From Candidatus Poseidoniaceae archaeon (GTDB taxonomy: Archaea; Thermoplasmatota; Poseidoniia; Poseidoniales; Poseidoniaceae): 32,000 nucleotides of DNA. The notes beneath the pieces are model-generated. The model ran no database searches. It saw nothing but the letters and a program-made list of their open reading frames with translations, and was not told the DNA's origin. The stretch lies in the NCBI GenBank assembly GCA_943789275.1, contig CALSTM010000003.1, positions 300,001 through 332,000 of the forward strand, written 5' to 3'. Of this stretch, positions 15,828-23,788 are shown piece by piece. The stretch's first letter is position 1. Each line of letters opens with the position of its first letter. The translations under genes were made by a program, and so were the position numbers.

Positions 15828-17841
15828 GGAGGAGCGAGGTAAAGTCCGTCGGATGAACAACAGCTCTTCTCAAAAGAAGTTGGACAAGGAGCTTGCTGAA
15901 GAAATGCCGCTCAAGTGGCAACGAGGTCAAGACCACTTCTCTCGCTTTACCAAGTTAATTCGTCGAGAACTCGATGATGAAACGGCGATGGTCGAAGAGC
16001 GATGGAAAAAGTGGAGTAAACAACGCTTGTTGGCAGCAGGCCTTGCTTTGTTTGACCTAACAGGTCGGACTCAGGGGCGCTTCTTTGGCGATCCAATCCT
16101 CGTTTTCGAGAACAAATCGAAGTCGAGGTTGCCGATTCACCGGTTTGGGCATGGCGACATTGTCTTGTTATCTCGCGCTCGTCCGTGGGGCGAAAAGGTC
16201 GTCGAAGGAATTGTTCTGGACCGTGGCCCCACGCGCATTCGAATTGTAGTCTCTGACAAACCGAGCGATATCAAAAAAGGTACGTGGCGACTTGACCGAG
16301 GAGCCAATCGAGTCGCTCATGACCGTATGCATGAGGCATTGACAACGTTCCATTCGATGGAAAGCGACAGCGGAACGGTGTTGCGGGATGTTTTGCTTGG
16401 TTCCCTCCATGACATTTCAGCATCGGCCCAACGCCCACCTGAAATCCGCGGTCAAAAGCGCCACGGACCTCTTGGCATCGGAAAAATGCAACTCAATGAA
16501 TCTCAGCGTTCTGCAGTGGAGGCTGCAATTGAGCAACGCCTCACACTCATCCAAGGACCTCCAGGGACGGGTAAAACGCACACCGCCATTCGCCTGCTTG
16601 CAGCGTTTGTTCGCATGGGTCGAGGCCCCATACTGGCAACGGCCGAGTCAAATGTGGCTGTCGATAATTTACTCGAAGGCCTGCTTGAATTGAACATCAA
16701 CGCTGTCCGAATAGGTCGGCCAGTGAAGGTTCGAGAACACCTCCGAGACGCAACGCTTGATGCGCAAATCGAAAACCATCCACTTCAAGAAGAATTGCGA
16801 TTTATTCGTGAACAAAACGACGATTTACGCCGTTCACTTTCCAGTCTCAAAGGTAAGGAAAAAGGCATGGCACACAGGGACGTCAACCGTAATTTCAAAG
16901 AAATTCGACAACTCGAAGGAAACATGATTTCGGCAGTTCTCGACGGTGCAGAAGTCATTTGCGCAACCACCATCGGTGTAGGTCACAGCCTGCTGGGCGA
17001 ACGACGGTTCCCCGTCGTACTCATGGACGAAGCAACCCAGGCCAGTGAGCCGAGTGCTTTGGTTCCGATTACTCGTGGATGTCGTCAACTGGTTTTGGTT
17101 GGAGATCACAAGCAATTGCCCCCGACCGTCATCAGCAAGGTTGCCGAAGACGGAGGGCTCGGACGTTCGTTGTTTGAACGACTCATCGAATGCGGCTTGG
17201 AGGCTCACATGCTCACCACGCAATATCGCATGCATCCAACCATTCGGGAATACCCGAGTGCGCGATTCTACGAAGGTCGCCTTGACGATGGGTGCAGTTC
17301 CGAGGAACGCCCACCTGCTGCAGGTTTTTTGTGGCCTGATTGGGACCATCCGGTCGCCTTTGTCCCGGTTGCCGGGTACGAAATCGTCGATGAGGAAAGC
17401 AGCAGCAAATCAAATCTCGATGAAGCGGGTAAAGTCCTCTCCATTGTCAATGACTTGCTTGCAGCAGGAGATTTAACGCCCTCTGATATTGGAGTTATCA
17501 CTCCATACAACGGTCAAGTGCGGTTGCTCGTTGATTTGTTCGAACAGGCTGGCGGGCGAGAAACAGGAGCGCCGTATGAAGGCCTTGAAATCAAGAGTGT
17601 TGACGGATATCAAGGTCGAGAAAAAGAAATCATTGTGTTTTCAGCAGTTCGTGCCAACGATGCGGGTGAGATTGGATTCCTGAAAGACCGCAGACGGCTG
17701 AACGTGGCGCTAACGCGTGCCAAGCGAGGGCTTATCGTTCTTGGAAACGCCAAAACTCTGCGCCAAGACGGCACATGGCGAGCATGGTTGGATTGGGCCG
17801 AAGAACGCAACTTGTTTGCCTGGCACGTCACTCACGGGTGA
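15826..17841 (+). CDS. Upf1/IGHMBP2-like superfamily 1B helicase (AAA_11/AAA_12)
   Basis: All SF1B motifs are present: GPPGTGKT (I), VLMDEATQ (II), LVLVGDHKQLPP (III), TTQYRMHP (IV), VDGYQGREKEIIVFS (V), LNVALTRAKRGLIVLG (VI). The N-terminal beta-barrel-like region is collinear with IGHMBP2. The start is uncertain (15826 or 15853); the ORF-track start 15679 overlaps the divergent gene and is unlikely. Confidence 0.85.
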   Translation: MEERGKVRRMNNSSSQKKLDKELAEEMPLKWQRGQDHFSRFTKLIRRELDDETAMVEERWKKWSKQRLLAAGLALFDLTGRTQGRFFGDPILVFENKSKSRLPIHRFGHGDIVLLSRARPWGEKVVEGIVLDRGPTRIRIVVSDKPSDIKKGTWRLDRGANRVAHDRMHEALTTFHSMESDSGTVLRDVLLGSLHDISASAQRPPEIRGQKRHGPLGIGKMQLNESQRSAVEAAIEQRLTLIQGPPGTGKTHTAIRLLAAFVRMGRGPILATAESNVAVDNLLEGLLELNINAVRIGRPVKVREHLRDATLDAQIENHPLQEELRFIREQNDDLRRSLSSLKGKEKGMAHRDVNRNFKEIRQLEGNMISAVLDGAEVICATTIGVGHSLLGERRFPVVLMDEATQASEPSALVPITRGCRQLVLVGDHKQLPPTVISKVAEDGGLGRSLFERLIECGLEAHMLTTQYRMHPTIREYPSARFYEGRLDDGCSSEERPPAAGFLWPDWDHPVAFVPVAGYEIVDEESSSKSNLDEAGKVLSIVNDLLAAGDLTPSDIGVITPYNGQVRLLVDLFEQAGGRETGAPYEGLEIKSVDGYQGREKEIIVFSAVRANDAGEIGFLKDRRRLNVALTRAKRGLIVLGNAKTLRQDGTWRAWLDWAEERNLFAWHVTHG

Positions 17842-17886
17842 ATTGTAAAGCCAACACTTGACAAAGGGCACCGGTTACCGTTCAAC

Positions 17887-18453
17887 ATGGCAGACAGCCC
17901 AGTCAGCGTCCATCAAGGCAGTGGCACGCTCGCTCAAGCAGTTCTTTCCTCGGCGCCTGAAGGCATGCTTATCGCTCCGGCTTGGAAACGTTCAGCCGCT
18001 TACATGCTCGATGTTGTTCTTTTGACATTGGTTCTCCACTTCCTCACTGGTCAGCAACTTCTCTACTACCTCATGTCTTACTCATTGGTGACTGAAGGGG
18101 CCATTTATCTTGCAGCATTCGCTCTCAATTGGGTGCTGTTTTTCAGTGCTCATTATCTGTATTTCAAGTACACCGGGCGAACCTTTGGGCGTTCCTTTGC
18201 ACAACGCGGATTTCGAATTGCCATCGTTCACGATAACGGCACCTTGCTTGAGGGGCACCACTGGGGGCCACGGGCGTTTGGAAAGCTCATCTATTTGCTT
18301 CCTGTCGTGGGAGTTTTGTGGTTTGGAATGCGAGATTTCCTTCGAGGCCGTTCGAAAGAGGCCGAATACCGGACCTCTTTGGATGTTCGAAACCATACCG
18401 TTGCAGCAGTCGACTGGTCTCTCCCCTCTGAGACCCGTCTTCGACTACGTTAA
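17887..18453 (+). CDS. RDD-family membrane protein
   Basis: PAWKRSAAYMLDVVLLTLV (the R...D of the RDD domain), hydrophobic helices, GRTFGRSFAQRGFRIAIV (G.t.Gk...gl.vv) and a later conserved Arg. Confidence 0.55.
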   Translation: MADSPVSVHQGSGTLAQAVLSSAPEGMLIAPAWKRSAAYMLDVVLLTLVLHFLTGQQLLYYLMSYSLVTEGAIYLAAFALNWVLFFSAHYLYFKYTGRTFGRSFAQRGFRIAIVHDNGTLLEGHHWGPRAFGKLIYLLPVVGVLWFGMRDFLRGRSKEAEYRTSLDVRNHTVAAVDWSLPSETRLRLR

Positions 18454-18506
18454 GGGAGCAAGCCTTGCATTGATTTGAAGTAGGACTTTGTAGAGAGACC
18501 TCTACG

Positions 18507-19595
18507 GTGGCCCACATGAGCGACGACCATTCAGTTCGGACAGCATCTCTTGAAGCACGTTTGTCCTCGGTTGAAATGGACATTGACGACGACGACGAGG
18601 ATGTCGTATTGGTCTCCGTTGATATGACCAATGAGGCAGCAATACCTCTTGGTGGCCTTGACATTCACATCATCACAAGCAACGGTCAAAAAGTGGAATC
18701 GCAGTCTGGCATCTCCTCTTTAGGGCCAGGCCTCACACGTAATTTCACGTTTGAGTTCCCGCTGGAAAACGGCACGTGGTCATTCAGCGTTTCTGGCGGT
18801 GGCCAATCGCTTTCACTCGGACCTTACGAAGCAGGGTTTACCTTTGTTGCAGAACAAGGCCGTGCTTTTGGTAACTCCATTGGCTCAAGCCTTTTCAGCG
18901 GTGCTTTCAATACGCATTTGGATTCGTTTGGAAACGTCGATGAGCGTGAGATTATCGATCCCAGCCAGATGGTTATGACCTCGTACACCGGGGAAAATGC
19001 GGCAGGCGGTTCGACCAAAATCATCGTCGACGACGCTCAAGACAGCACGGATGAAGAAGACGCACCTCGAATTCCTCCTTGGCAACAAAACAAACCCGAA
19101 GCATCGGCTGCACCCCCCTCAAGTGACCTTCTCCTCCAAGCAGCAGCAGCAACTCCTGCGGCACCAACCCCTCCAACTGCCCCAGCAACAGGTGACCTCC
19201 TCCTTCAAGCAGCAGAGATTCACAGCCCTCCACCCCTCGAGCTTGAAACGGTTCAAGAAGAGCCGGAAGCCGAATCGGTTCAGCCGATGACGGCCTCCAC
19301 GCCCCCGACCTTGCCACCAGGTCCTTCAGGCCCACCTTCTGGTCCGCCATCCGGCCCTCCAAGCGGCCCACCTTCCGGCCCTCCAAGCGGCCCACCTTCC
19401 GGCCCACCAAGCGGCCCACCGTCCGGTCCACCGTCCGGTCCGCCATCCGGCCCTCCAAGCGGCCCACCTTCCGGTCCACCATCCGGTCCGCCATCCGGCC
19501 TCCAAGCGGCCCACCCGGTCCACCGTCCGGTCCACCGTCCGGTCCACCGTCCGGTCCGCCATCCGGTCCTCCAAGCGGTCCACCTGCTGAATTGA
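18507..19595 (+). CDS. Hypothetical protein with a C-terminal (GPPS)n repeat; the frame breaks inside the repeat and the likely true end is 19621
   Basis: The N-terminal ~190 aa has no motif I recognise. A Pro/Ala-rich region is followed by GPPS repeats. After about 19500 the annotated frame reads LQAAHPVHRPVHRPV, whereas frame 2 continues GPPSGPPS...GPPAELKPSRPEGL and stops at 19619-19621. Confidence 0.55.
   Translation: MAHMSDDHSVRTASLEARLSSVEMDIDDDDEDVVLVSVDMTNEAAIPLGGLDIHIITSNGQKVESQSGISSLGPGLTRNFTFEFPLENGTWSFSVSGGGQSLSLGPYEAGFTFVAEQGRAFGNSIGSSLFSGAFNTHLDSFGNVDEREIIDPSQMVMTSYTGENAAGGSTKIIVDDAQDSTDEEDAPRIPPWQQNKPEASAAPPSSDLLLQAAAATPAAPTPPTAPATGDLLLQAAEIHSPPPLELETVQEEPEAESVQPMTASTPPTLPPGPSGPPSGPPSGPPSGPPSGPPSGPPSGPPSGPPSGPPSGPPSGPPSGPPSGPPSGPPSGLQAAHPVHRPVHRPVHRPVRHPVLQAVHLLN
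19320..19588 (+). repeat. 12-nt tandem repeat GGN CCN CCN WSN encoding (Gly-Pro-Pro-Ser), about 22 units by my count
   Basis: Read directly from the sequence, for example ggccctccaagc ggcccaccttcc ggtccaccgtcc ggtccgccatcc. Units differ mainly at synonymous positions. One unit lacks a C (19499-19501, GGCC-TCC instead of GGCCCTCC) and one lacks the Ser codon. Confidence 0.85.
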
Positions 19596-19630
19596 AACCC
19601 TCTCGACCTGAAGGCTTGTGAAGTGAGCTT

Positions 19631-19903
19631 ATGGGTGACGGATTCGCAATGGAATTGTGCGGGAATAAGGCTGCATGGCAGATTGTCCCCGAAGGGATCA
19701 CCTCAATCAATCTTGAACGGGTAGGGCAGATTATACAAGAATCGGGATATTCGGTTGGAATCCAAAATCGGCTGTGTTGGACGTTCTCAGGGCCGTGCGA
19801 CCTTACTTTGTATCCAAGCGGAAAACTTCTGGTCAAAACAGAAGATAAGGAATTAGCGACTCTTGTGGCAGAACAGCACATCTCCACATGGGCGCATGCA
19901 TGA
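19631..19903 (+). CDS. Small hypothetical protein (90 aa), possibly a TBP-like/RNase HIII-N-like half-domain
   Basis: CDLTLYPSGKLLVKTEDKELATLV resembles the strand-turn-strand-helix motif (..lY.SGKll.qG..a..) of TBP-fold domains. It is tightly packed between the repeat protein and the yrdC-like gene. The assignment is weak. Confidence 0.4.
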   Translation: MGDGFAMELCGNKAAWQIVPEGITSINLERVGQIIQESGYSVGIQNRLCWTFSGPCDLTLYPSGKLLVKTEDKELATLVAEQHISTWAHA

Positions 19904-19913
19904 GGTGAGTGAA

Positions 19914-20522
19914 ATGGGCGAGATACCCATCCCCATCATCGATATTCTCCGGACGAACGGCGTTGTAGCCTATCCGACTTCGACCCTTCCAGGGTTAGCG
20001 ACTTTACCGACTTCCGAAGCACTTGACCGCCTTTTTGCTCTCAAACAGCGTCGTTCGGACCAACCGGTTAGCCTTGGTGTTGCGTCGCTTGAACAAGCTG
20101 AGTTGCTTGTCGAAGTTCCCGCTTTCGCTTATCGCTTACTCGAAGGCTTTGACCGGGGTGCATTGACGCTCATTCTTGATGCCCATGCTCCGCTCGATGC
20201 TCGATTGGGTGGAAGTCGTGTGGCGGTACGGGTGTTTGCGCACCCGACTGCCATTGCTTTAGCAGAAACCGTTGGTCCCGTAACAGCTACCAGTGCAAAC
20301 GTGGCCGGCATAGCACCATTGGATGAAGCATATGCTGCTGGAAGGGAACTTGGTCTCCAATCCTCAGCGATATTACCCGGTAAATGCCCAGGGGGCAACG
20401 GTAGCACTTTGGTATCCGTCGTCAAATCGCCGGAAAAGCCGTCTGGTTTTTCGGTAAGCATTATGAGAGAGGGCGTAATACCTACAAATGACGTGGACGC
20501 ATGGATGTCGAAGAATCACTGA
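19914..20522 (+). CDS. tsaC: L-threonylcarbamoyladenylate synthase, YrdC/TsaC type (no Sua5 C-terminal domain)
   Basis: GVVAYPTSTLPGLA (PTdT.yGL), LKQRRSDQPVSL (K.R...kP), GALTLIL, VAVRVFAHP and TATSANVAG (SAN.sG). ATG 19914 is preferred because the earlier ORF-track start overlaps the previous ORF. Confidence 0.8.
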   Translation: MGEIPIPIIDILRTNGVVAYPTSTLPGLATLPTSEALDRLFALKQRRSDQPVSLGVASLEQAELLVEVPAFAYRLLEGFDRGALTLILDAHAPLDARLGGSRVAVRVFAHPTAIALAETVGPVTATSANVAGIAPLDEAYAAGRELGLQSSAILPGKCPGGNGSTLVSVVKSPEKPSGFSVSIMREGVIPTNDVDAWMSKNH

Positions 20523-21514
20523 AGTATTGGCGAGATGCTGGGCATGTTGCGCGCCGTACATTGGAAGCGATGAAACTCGAATTGCAACCGGGTAAGACCT
20601 ACCATGAGGTGATTGAGTCTGCAGAACGTTTCATCCACAGGCACGGTGGGAAGCCTGCTTTCCCAGCAACAATCCACTCGAACGACCTCGCTGCCCATTT
20701 CACGACCAATCATTTGGTTCAAGGGCCCGAAGGTTGGGAGGGCGACATGGTTTTGGAAAAGGGTGACTGCATCAAAATCGATTACGGCGTTCACATCAAA
20801 GGCCACATTGGCGATAATGCACTCACGTTCGAAGTTGGCAACACCAACAATCACACGGAACAAATCAAAGCGGCAAAAGAAGCTCGTGATGCTGCCATCG
20901 AAGTCATGCACCCGGGTACGCCTTGGTACAAGGTCGGTGCAGCAGCAGCCCAGCCGTCCATTGATGCAGGCTTCCAACCCATTCGAAACTTGTGCGGACA
21001 TCAACTCAAACCTTGGGAATTGCACGCCGGCGTTTCGATTCCTTCGTATGCCTGCGGACCTGATAACCGTGGCTTCAAAGGCGTTGTTGAGGAAGGCAGC
21101 GTCTATGCCGTGGAACCGTTCAACACAACCGGGAAATCCGGCCTTATCGAGAACATTGGCTCTCCGAGTTCGTCCAATATCTATCGCGTCACCGGACTTA
21201 CAACCTCACGCAAGGCGCGAGCCAAAGGCCAACTGAAACCACTCGGAGCCCAGCTTGCCCGCAACCTCGAAGAACGGTACTCGACACTACCGTTTGCTGA
21301 ACGCTGGGCGTATCCGATGCTCGAGAAGCCTTTCCCTGATGCTGATGAAGCCAGTTTACAGAGCAAATGGAACGCCCTTGTGAAGAAACTCATCAGTATT
21401 CGATTCTTGGAAACCTACCATGCCCTACGCTGCATGGATGGTGGGAACATTTGCCAATTTGAACACACGGTTTACATCACCGATGGCGGCCCCGAGATTC
21501 TCACAGTTGAGTGA
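20501..21514 (+). CDS. map: Methionine aminopeptidase, type 2 (archaeal/eukaryotic type)
   Basis: FPATIHSNDLAAHFT, IKIDYGVHIKGHIGDNALT, NLCGHQLKPWELHAG, YAVEPFNTTG and an inserted helical subdomain before FEHTVYIT. These give the metal ligands and layout of MetAP2. Confidence 0.9.
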   Translation: MDVEESLKYWRDAGHVARRTLEAMKLELQPGKTYHEVIESAERFIHRHGGKPAFPATIHSNDLAAHFTTNHLVQGPEGWEGDMVLEKGDCIKIDYGVHIKGHIGDNALTFEVGNTNNHTEQIKAAKEARDAAIEVMHPGTPWYKVGAAAAQPSIDAGFQPIRNLCGHQLKPWELHAGVSIPSYACGPDNRGFKGVVEEGSVYAVEPFNTTGKSGLIENIGSPSSSNIYRVTGLTTSRKARAKGQLKPLGAQLARNLEERYSTLPFAERWAYPMLEKPFPDADEASLQSKWNALVKKLISIRFLETYHALRCMDGGNICQFEHTVYITDGGPEILTVE

Positions 21515-21855
21515 TCTTGAGTCTTGAAGAACTGCAAATCGGCGTTTTTTCTTTGAAAACCAATATAAACCGTAAATGCGTGGACTGAACTGAACAGGGC
21601 TGCTGAAGTTCTTGTTGAGTGCATCCCATCCCCTCCGCATTACTCTCACCCTGTTCACCTTTACTCTCCACAGCCTTGCGGCTGAAAAATAACATTTTGG
21701 CGATTTTTGCAAAAACCCACTTTTGGCGCGCAGTTCGCGCTTACAAAACCAATGCTCTACTCGCTTCGGCACGATTTTCTGAATGCCAACCTCGAAACAA
21801 AATGCCGTATTTTTGGCTGTTTCGAGCGATTCTGTGAAGATTAAGGGGAGCAGGG

Positions 21856-21863
21856 TTAAATAT
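21856..21863 (+). promoter_or_regulatory. TATA box (TTAAATAT) for the pilin-like gene, with a GGAGGA SD at 21902-21907
   Basis: TTAAATAT lies 59 nt upstream of ATG 21915. The expected transcription start is near 21887, and GGAGGA sits 8 nt before the ATG. Confidence 0.45.
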
Positions 21864-21914
21864 CACGGAGTGAGTGGGCATTCTACCCCCGATTTCGGGA
21901 AGGAGGACAAAAAT

Positions 21915-22421
21915 ATGAAAAACGAAAATAGAAACGAAGAAGCTGTTAGCCCAGTTATCGCTACCATTCTAATGGTTGCAATTACTGTGGTCCTTGCTGG
22001 TGTACTGTACGTCTGGGCTAGTTCCCTGGCTGAAGGAAACACTGGCGACTCTGCGGTCTTTTATGACTTTACAGCAGATGGAGCAATCGAAGGGCAACCT
22101 TCCACCGCCACTGACGACAGCCTCGTTCGTATGACCATGAACCAAGGACAAGCAATTAACTGGGCAGCAGTCTCAGTTTCGGTCTCCATCAACGATGGCG
22201 CACCAATTACTTGTGACAAGGACAGCGGCGACCGTGAATGTGTCTACGTTGACTTTGGATCTGACACCAGCGACCAAGAATGGGGCGTTGGCGAAGGAAT
22301 TACCATCAGCGAGCAAAACACACAGCTTTGCGATGGATCCGAACCTTGTAAAGTCGACATTACCATTACCGACACTCAAGCCGGTAAGACCATCGACACA
22401 TCAAGCGCAATCTCTTCGTGA
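21915..22421 (+). CDS. Archaeal type IV pilin-like protein (class III signal peptide, Pilin_N/DUF1628-type)
   Basis: MKNENRNEEAVSPVIATILMVAITVVLAGVLYVWASS has a charged leader followed by the canonical (G/A)VSPVI..ILMVAITV..A hydrophobic segment cleaved by the prepilin peptidase. The mature domain is Ser/Thr/Asp-rich with 4 Cys. The ORF-track start 21783 is an upstream read-through. Confidence 0.8.
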   Translation: MKNENRNEEAVSPVIATILMVAITVVLAGVLYVWASSLAEGNTGDSAVFYDFTADGAIEGQPSTATDDSLVRMTMNQGQAINWAAVSVSVSINDGAPITCDKDSGDRECVYVDFGSDTSDQEWGVGEGITISEQNTQLCDGSEPCKVDITITDTQAGKTIDTSSAISS

Positions 22422-22460
22422 TTTCTTTACAGAAATTAAGTAGATACATTGTATAAATCA

Positions 22461-22529
22461 CGTGCTTCAATGAAGCACGAGAGCCGCCCCTCTGCAGACT
22501 TCGGCCTGCAGGGGGGCCTTTTTTTTTTT
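22461..22529 (+). terminator. Two consecutive hairpins followed by T11; also abuts the stop of the convergent GT2 gene
   Basis: CGTGCTTC-AAT-GAAGCACG (22461-22479), then CCCCTCTGCAG...CTGCAGGGGGG (22487-22516), followed by the T-run at 22519-22529. Confidence 0.6.
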
Positions 22530-23748
22530 AATTCAAATCTGAGTCAGAGAGTGCAATGCGCGTATCGCTGTGCTGTTCCCACATGTGAAGCGACTTTCCT
22601 CTTAGAGAGTATAAGTGCCCAATCATCAAATGCTCCATTCCGGAAAACACACTTCCAACGGCTTCCAAACCAGGTACGCGAATACCTTGTCTGTTGAGTA
22701 ACCAAGCCACTAAGCATGTCAATTCAACACAGGCAAGACTTCCGTGCAATGCTGCGAGTGTTCCATTCGGCATTCCTGCCACAGTAATGATGCCCCACCG
22801 AAGTACGGCGGCCATCCCAGCTCCAAACAGCATCAATGGAGCAATCAAGTGAAAATGAGCCTCTCGGCGTAATATGCTTGCAAATGTTCCAAGACGCTTG
22901 TCAAACCAAGACTTTCGGTGACTCATAAGAAGCCGTTGAAGCCCTTGTCCACGGCGAATTTTTTGTCGGCGTTGCCCTTCCGGAGTGGTAGGTGCCATAT
23001 CTTCAAAGTGAACGTTTGAGTCGTACAGGCTTCTGAAACCATTGAGCCTTACTCCAGTGGCAATCTGAGCATCGTCTGCGTTTGACTGCGTATTGAGCTG
23101 ACTCGAATTGAATGATGTACGTTTCCACATCATGCATGACCCTTCAAGGAAAGGCGTTGAATCACGAGCAGATTCCCCTTCTCGTAGCAATTCAAACATC
23201 GTTCTGTGTGAACGTTCGCTGGAAAGGCCCCCATGCCGGAGGGCACGAGCACCAACCGCCCCGATGCTCGGGTCTGCAAACCACCCTTGCAGCCGCTTCA
23301 GTGCATCAGGGGGGAGCAATGCATCAGCATCCGTCATGCAAATGCAACCGCTAAAATCGTCCTTCTCAAGCCTTACAATTGCTTGGCGAACGGCCTCTGT
23401 TTTACCTAACCTTTCCTTCATCGTGAGGAGAGTAAAATCATCGAAGGCCTTAGGGTGCGATTGAATCCATGCATTGACTTTGCTTACCGTTTCATCGGTT
23501 GAAGCCGAATCAATGACGAGAAGTGAACACCGAAGGTTTTGTTGAGCAAGGTTGTCAAGTTTCTTTTCGATAATCAGCCCCTCATTCCAGACAGGAAGCA
23601 ACACCGTCACGGCCGGTAAGTCTGCATTGTTCACAGGATATTCGATTCCCTGCTTACGCCATTTCCCAACCGAGAGCCGGTGGACCAGAAACGGTGCAAA
23701 GGCTGCCAGCCCAAGGCCAACTTCAACCAAGGCAGGAATCCACACCAT
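22528..23748 (-). CDS. Glycosyltransferase family 2 with a C-terminal membrane domain (processive-type features)
   Basis: VTVLLPVWNEGLIIEKKL, LLVIDSASTDET and MTDADALLPPDAL (DxD), plus EGQRRQKIRRGQG, which resembles the Q(R/Q)xRW region. Hydrophobic helices occur at both ends. Confidence 0.8.
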   Translation of the reverse strand: MVWIPALVEVGLGLAAFAPFLVHRLSVGKWRKQGIEYPVNNADLPAVTVLLPVWNEGLIIEKKLDNLAQQNLRCSLLVIDSASTDETVSKVNAWIQSHPKAFDDFTLLTMKERLGKTEAVRQAIVRLEKDDFSGCICMTDADALLPPDALKRLQGWFADPSIGAVGARALRHGGLSSERSHRTMFELLREGESARDSTPFLEGSCMMWKRTSFNSSQLNTQSNADDAQIATGVRLNGFRSLYDSNVHFEDMAPTTPEGQRRQKIRRGQGLQRLLMSHRKSWFDKRLGTFASILRREAHFHLIAPLMLFGAGMAAVLRWGIITVAGMPNGTLAALHGSLACVELTCLVAWLLNRQGIRVPGLEAVGSVFSGMEHLMIGHLYSLRGKSLHMWEQHSDTRIALSDSDLN

Positions 23749-23765
23749 GGATGTTTCAATCCCCC

Positions 23766-23788
23766 TCTCCCCTTGAGGTCTCCCCTTG
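23766..23788. promoter_or_regulatory. Perfect 10-nt direct repeat TCTCCCCTTG x2 (13-nt register) in the divergent GT2/GT4 spacer
   Basis: The copies lie at 23766-23775 and 23779-23788, read directly. There is no obvious TATA box in this GC-rich 105-nt spacer. Confidence 0.25.

Noticed and set aside
14586-17841. Zinc-ribbon protein plus SF1 helicase considered as a possible defence gene pair.
   Set aside because: The helicase is collinear with housekeeping Upf1/IGHMBP2-like helicases, and no nuclease, methylase or other effector domain is adjacent. The pairing is divergent rather than operonic.
19320-19588. Short-period repeat considered as a possible CRISPR or minisatellite locus.
   Set aside because: The period is 12 nt with no spacers, and it lies in-frame in a coding region encoding GPPS. 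It is a coding tandem repeat, not CRISPR.
19021-19887. 288-aa minus-strand ORF, plus the 85-aa ORF at 19326-19583.
   Set aside because: These are shadow ORFs created by the GC-rich, stop-free GGNCCNCCN repeat on the opposite strand. The translation is low-complexity (GRMADRTVDR...) and overlaps two better-supported plus-strand genes.
20613-21236. 207-aa alternative-frame plus-strand ORF, and the 169-aa minus-strand ORF, inside the MetAP gene.
   Set aside because: The MetAP2 frame carries all the conserved metal-ligand motifs. The alternatives have no recognisable features.
21783-21914. 44-aa upstream extension of the pilin-like ORF.
   Set aside because: It covers the TATA box and the SD sequence. 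Class III signal peptides have short charged leaders, which fits ATG 21915.
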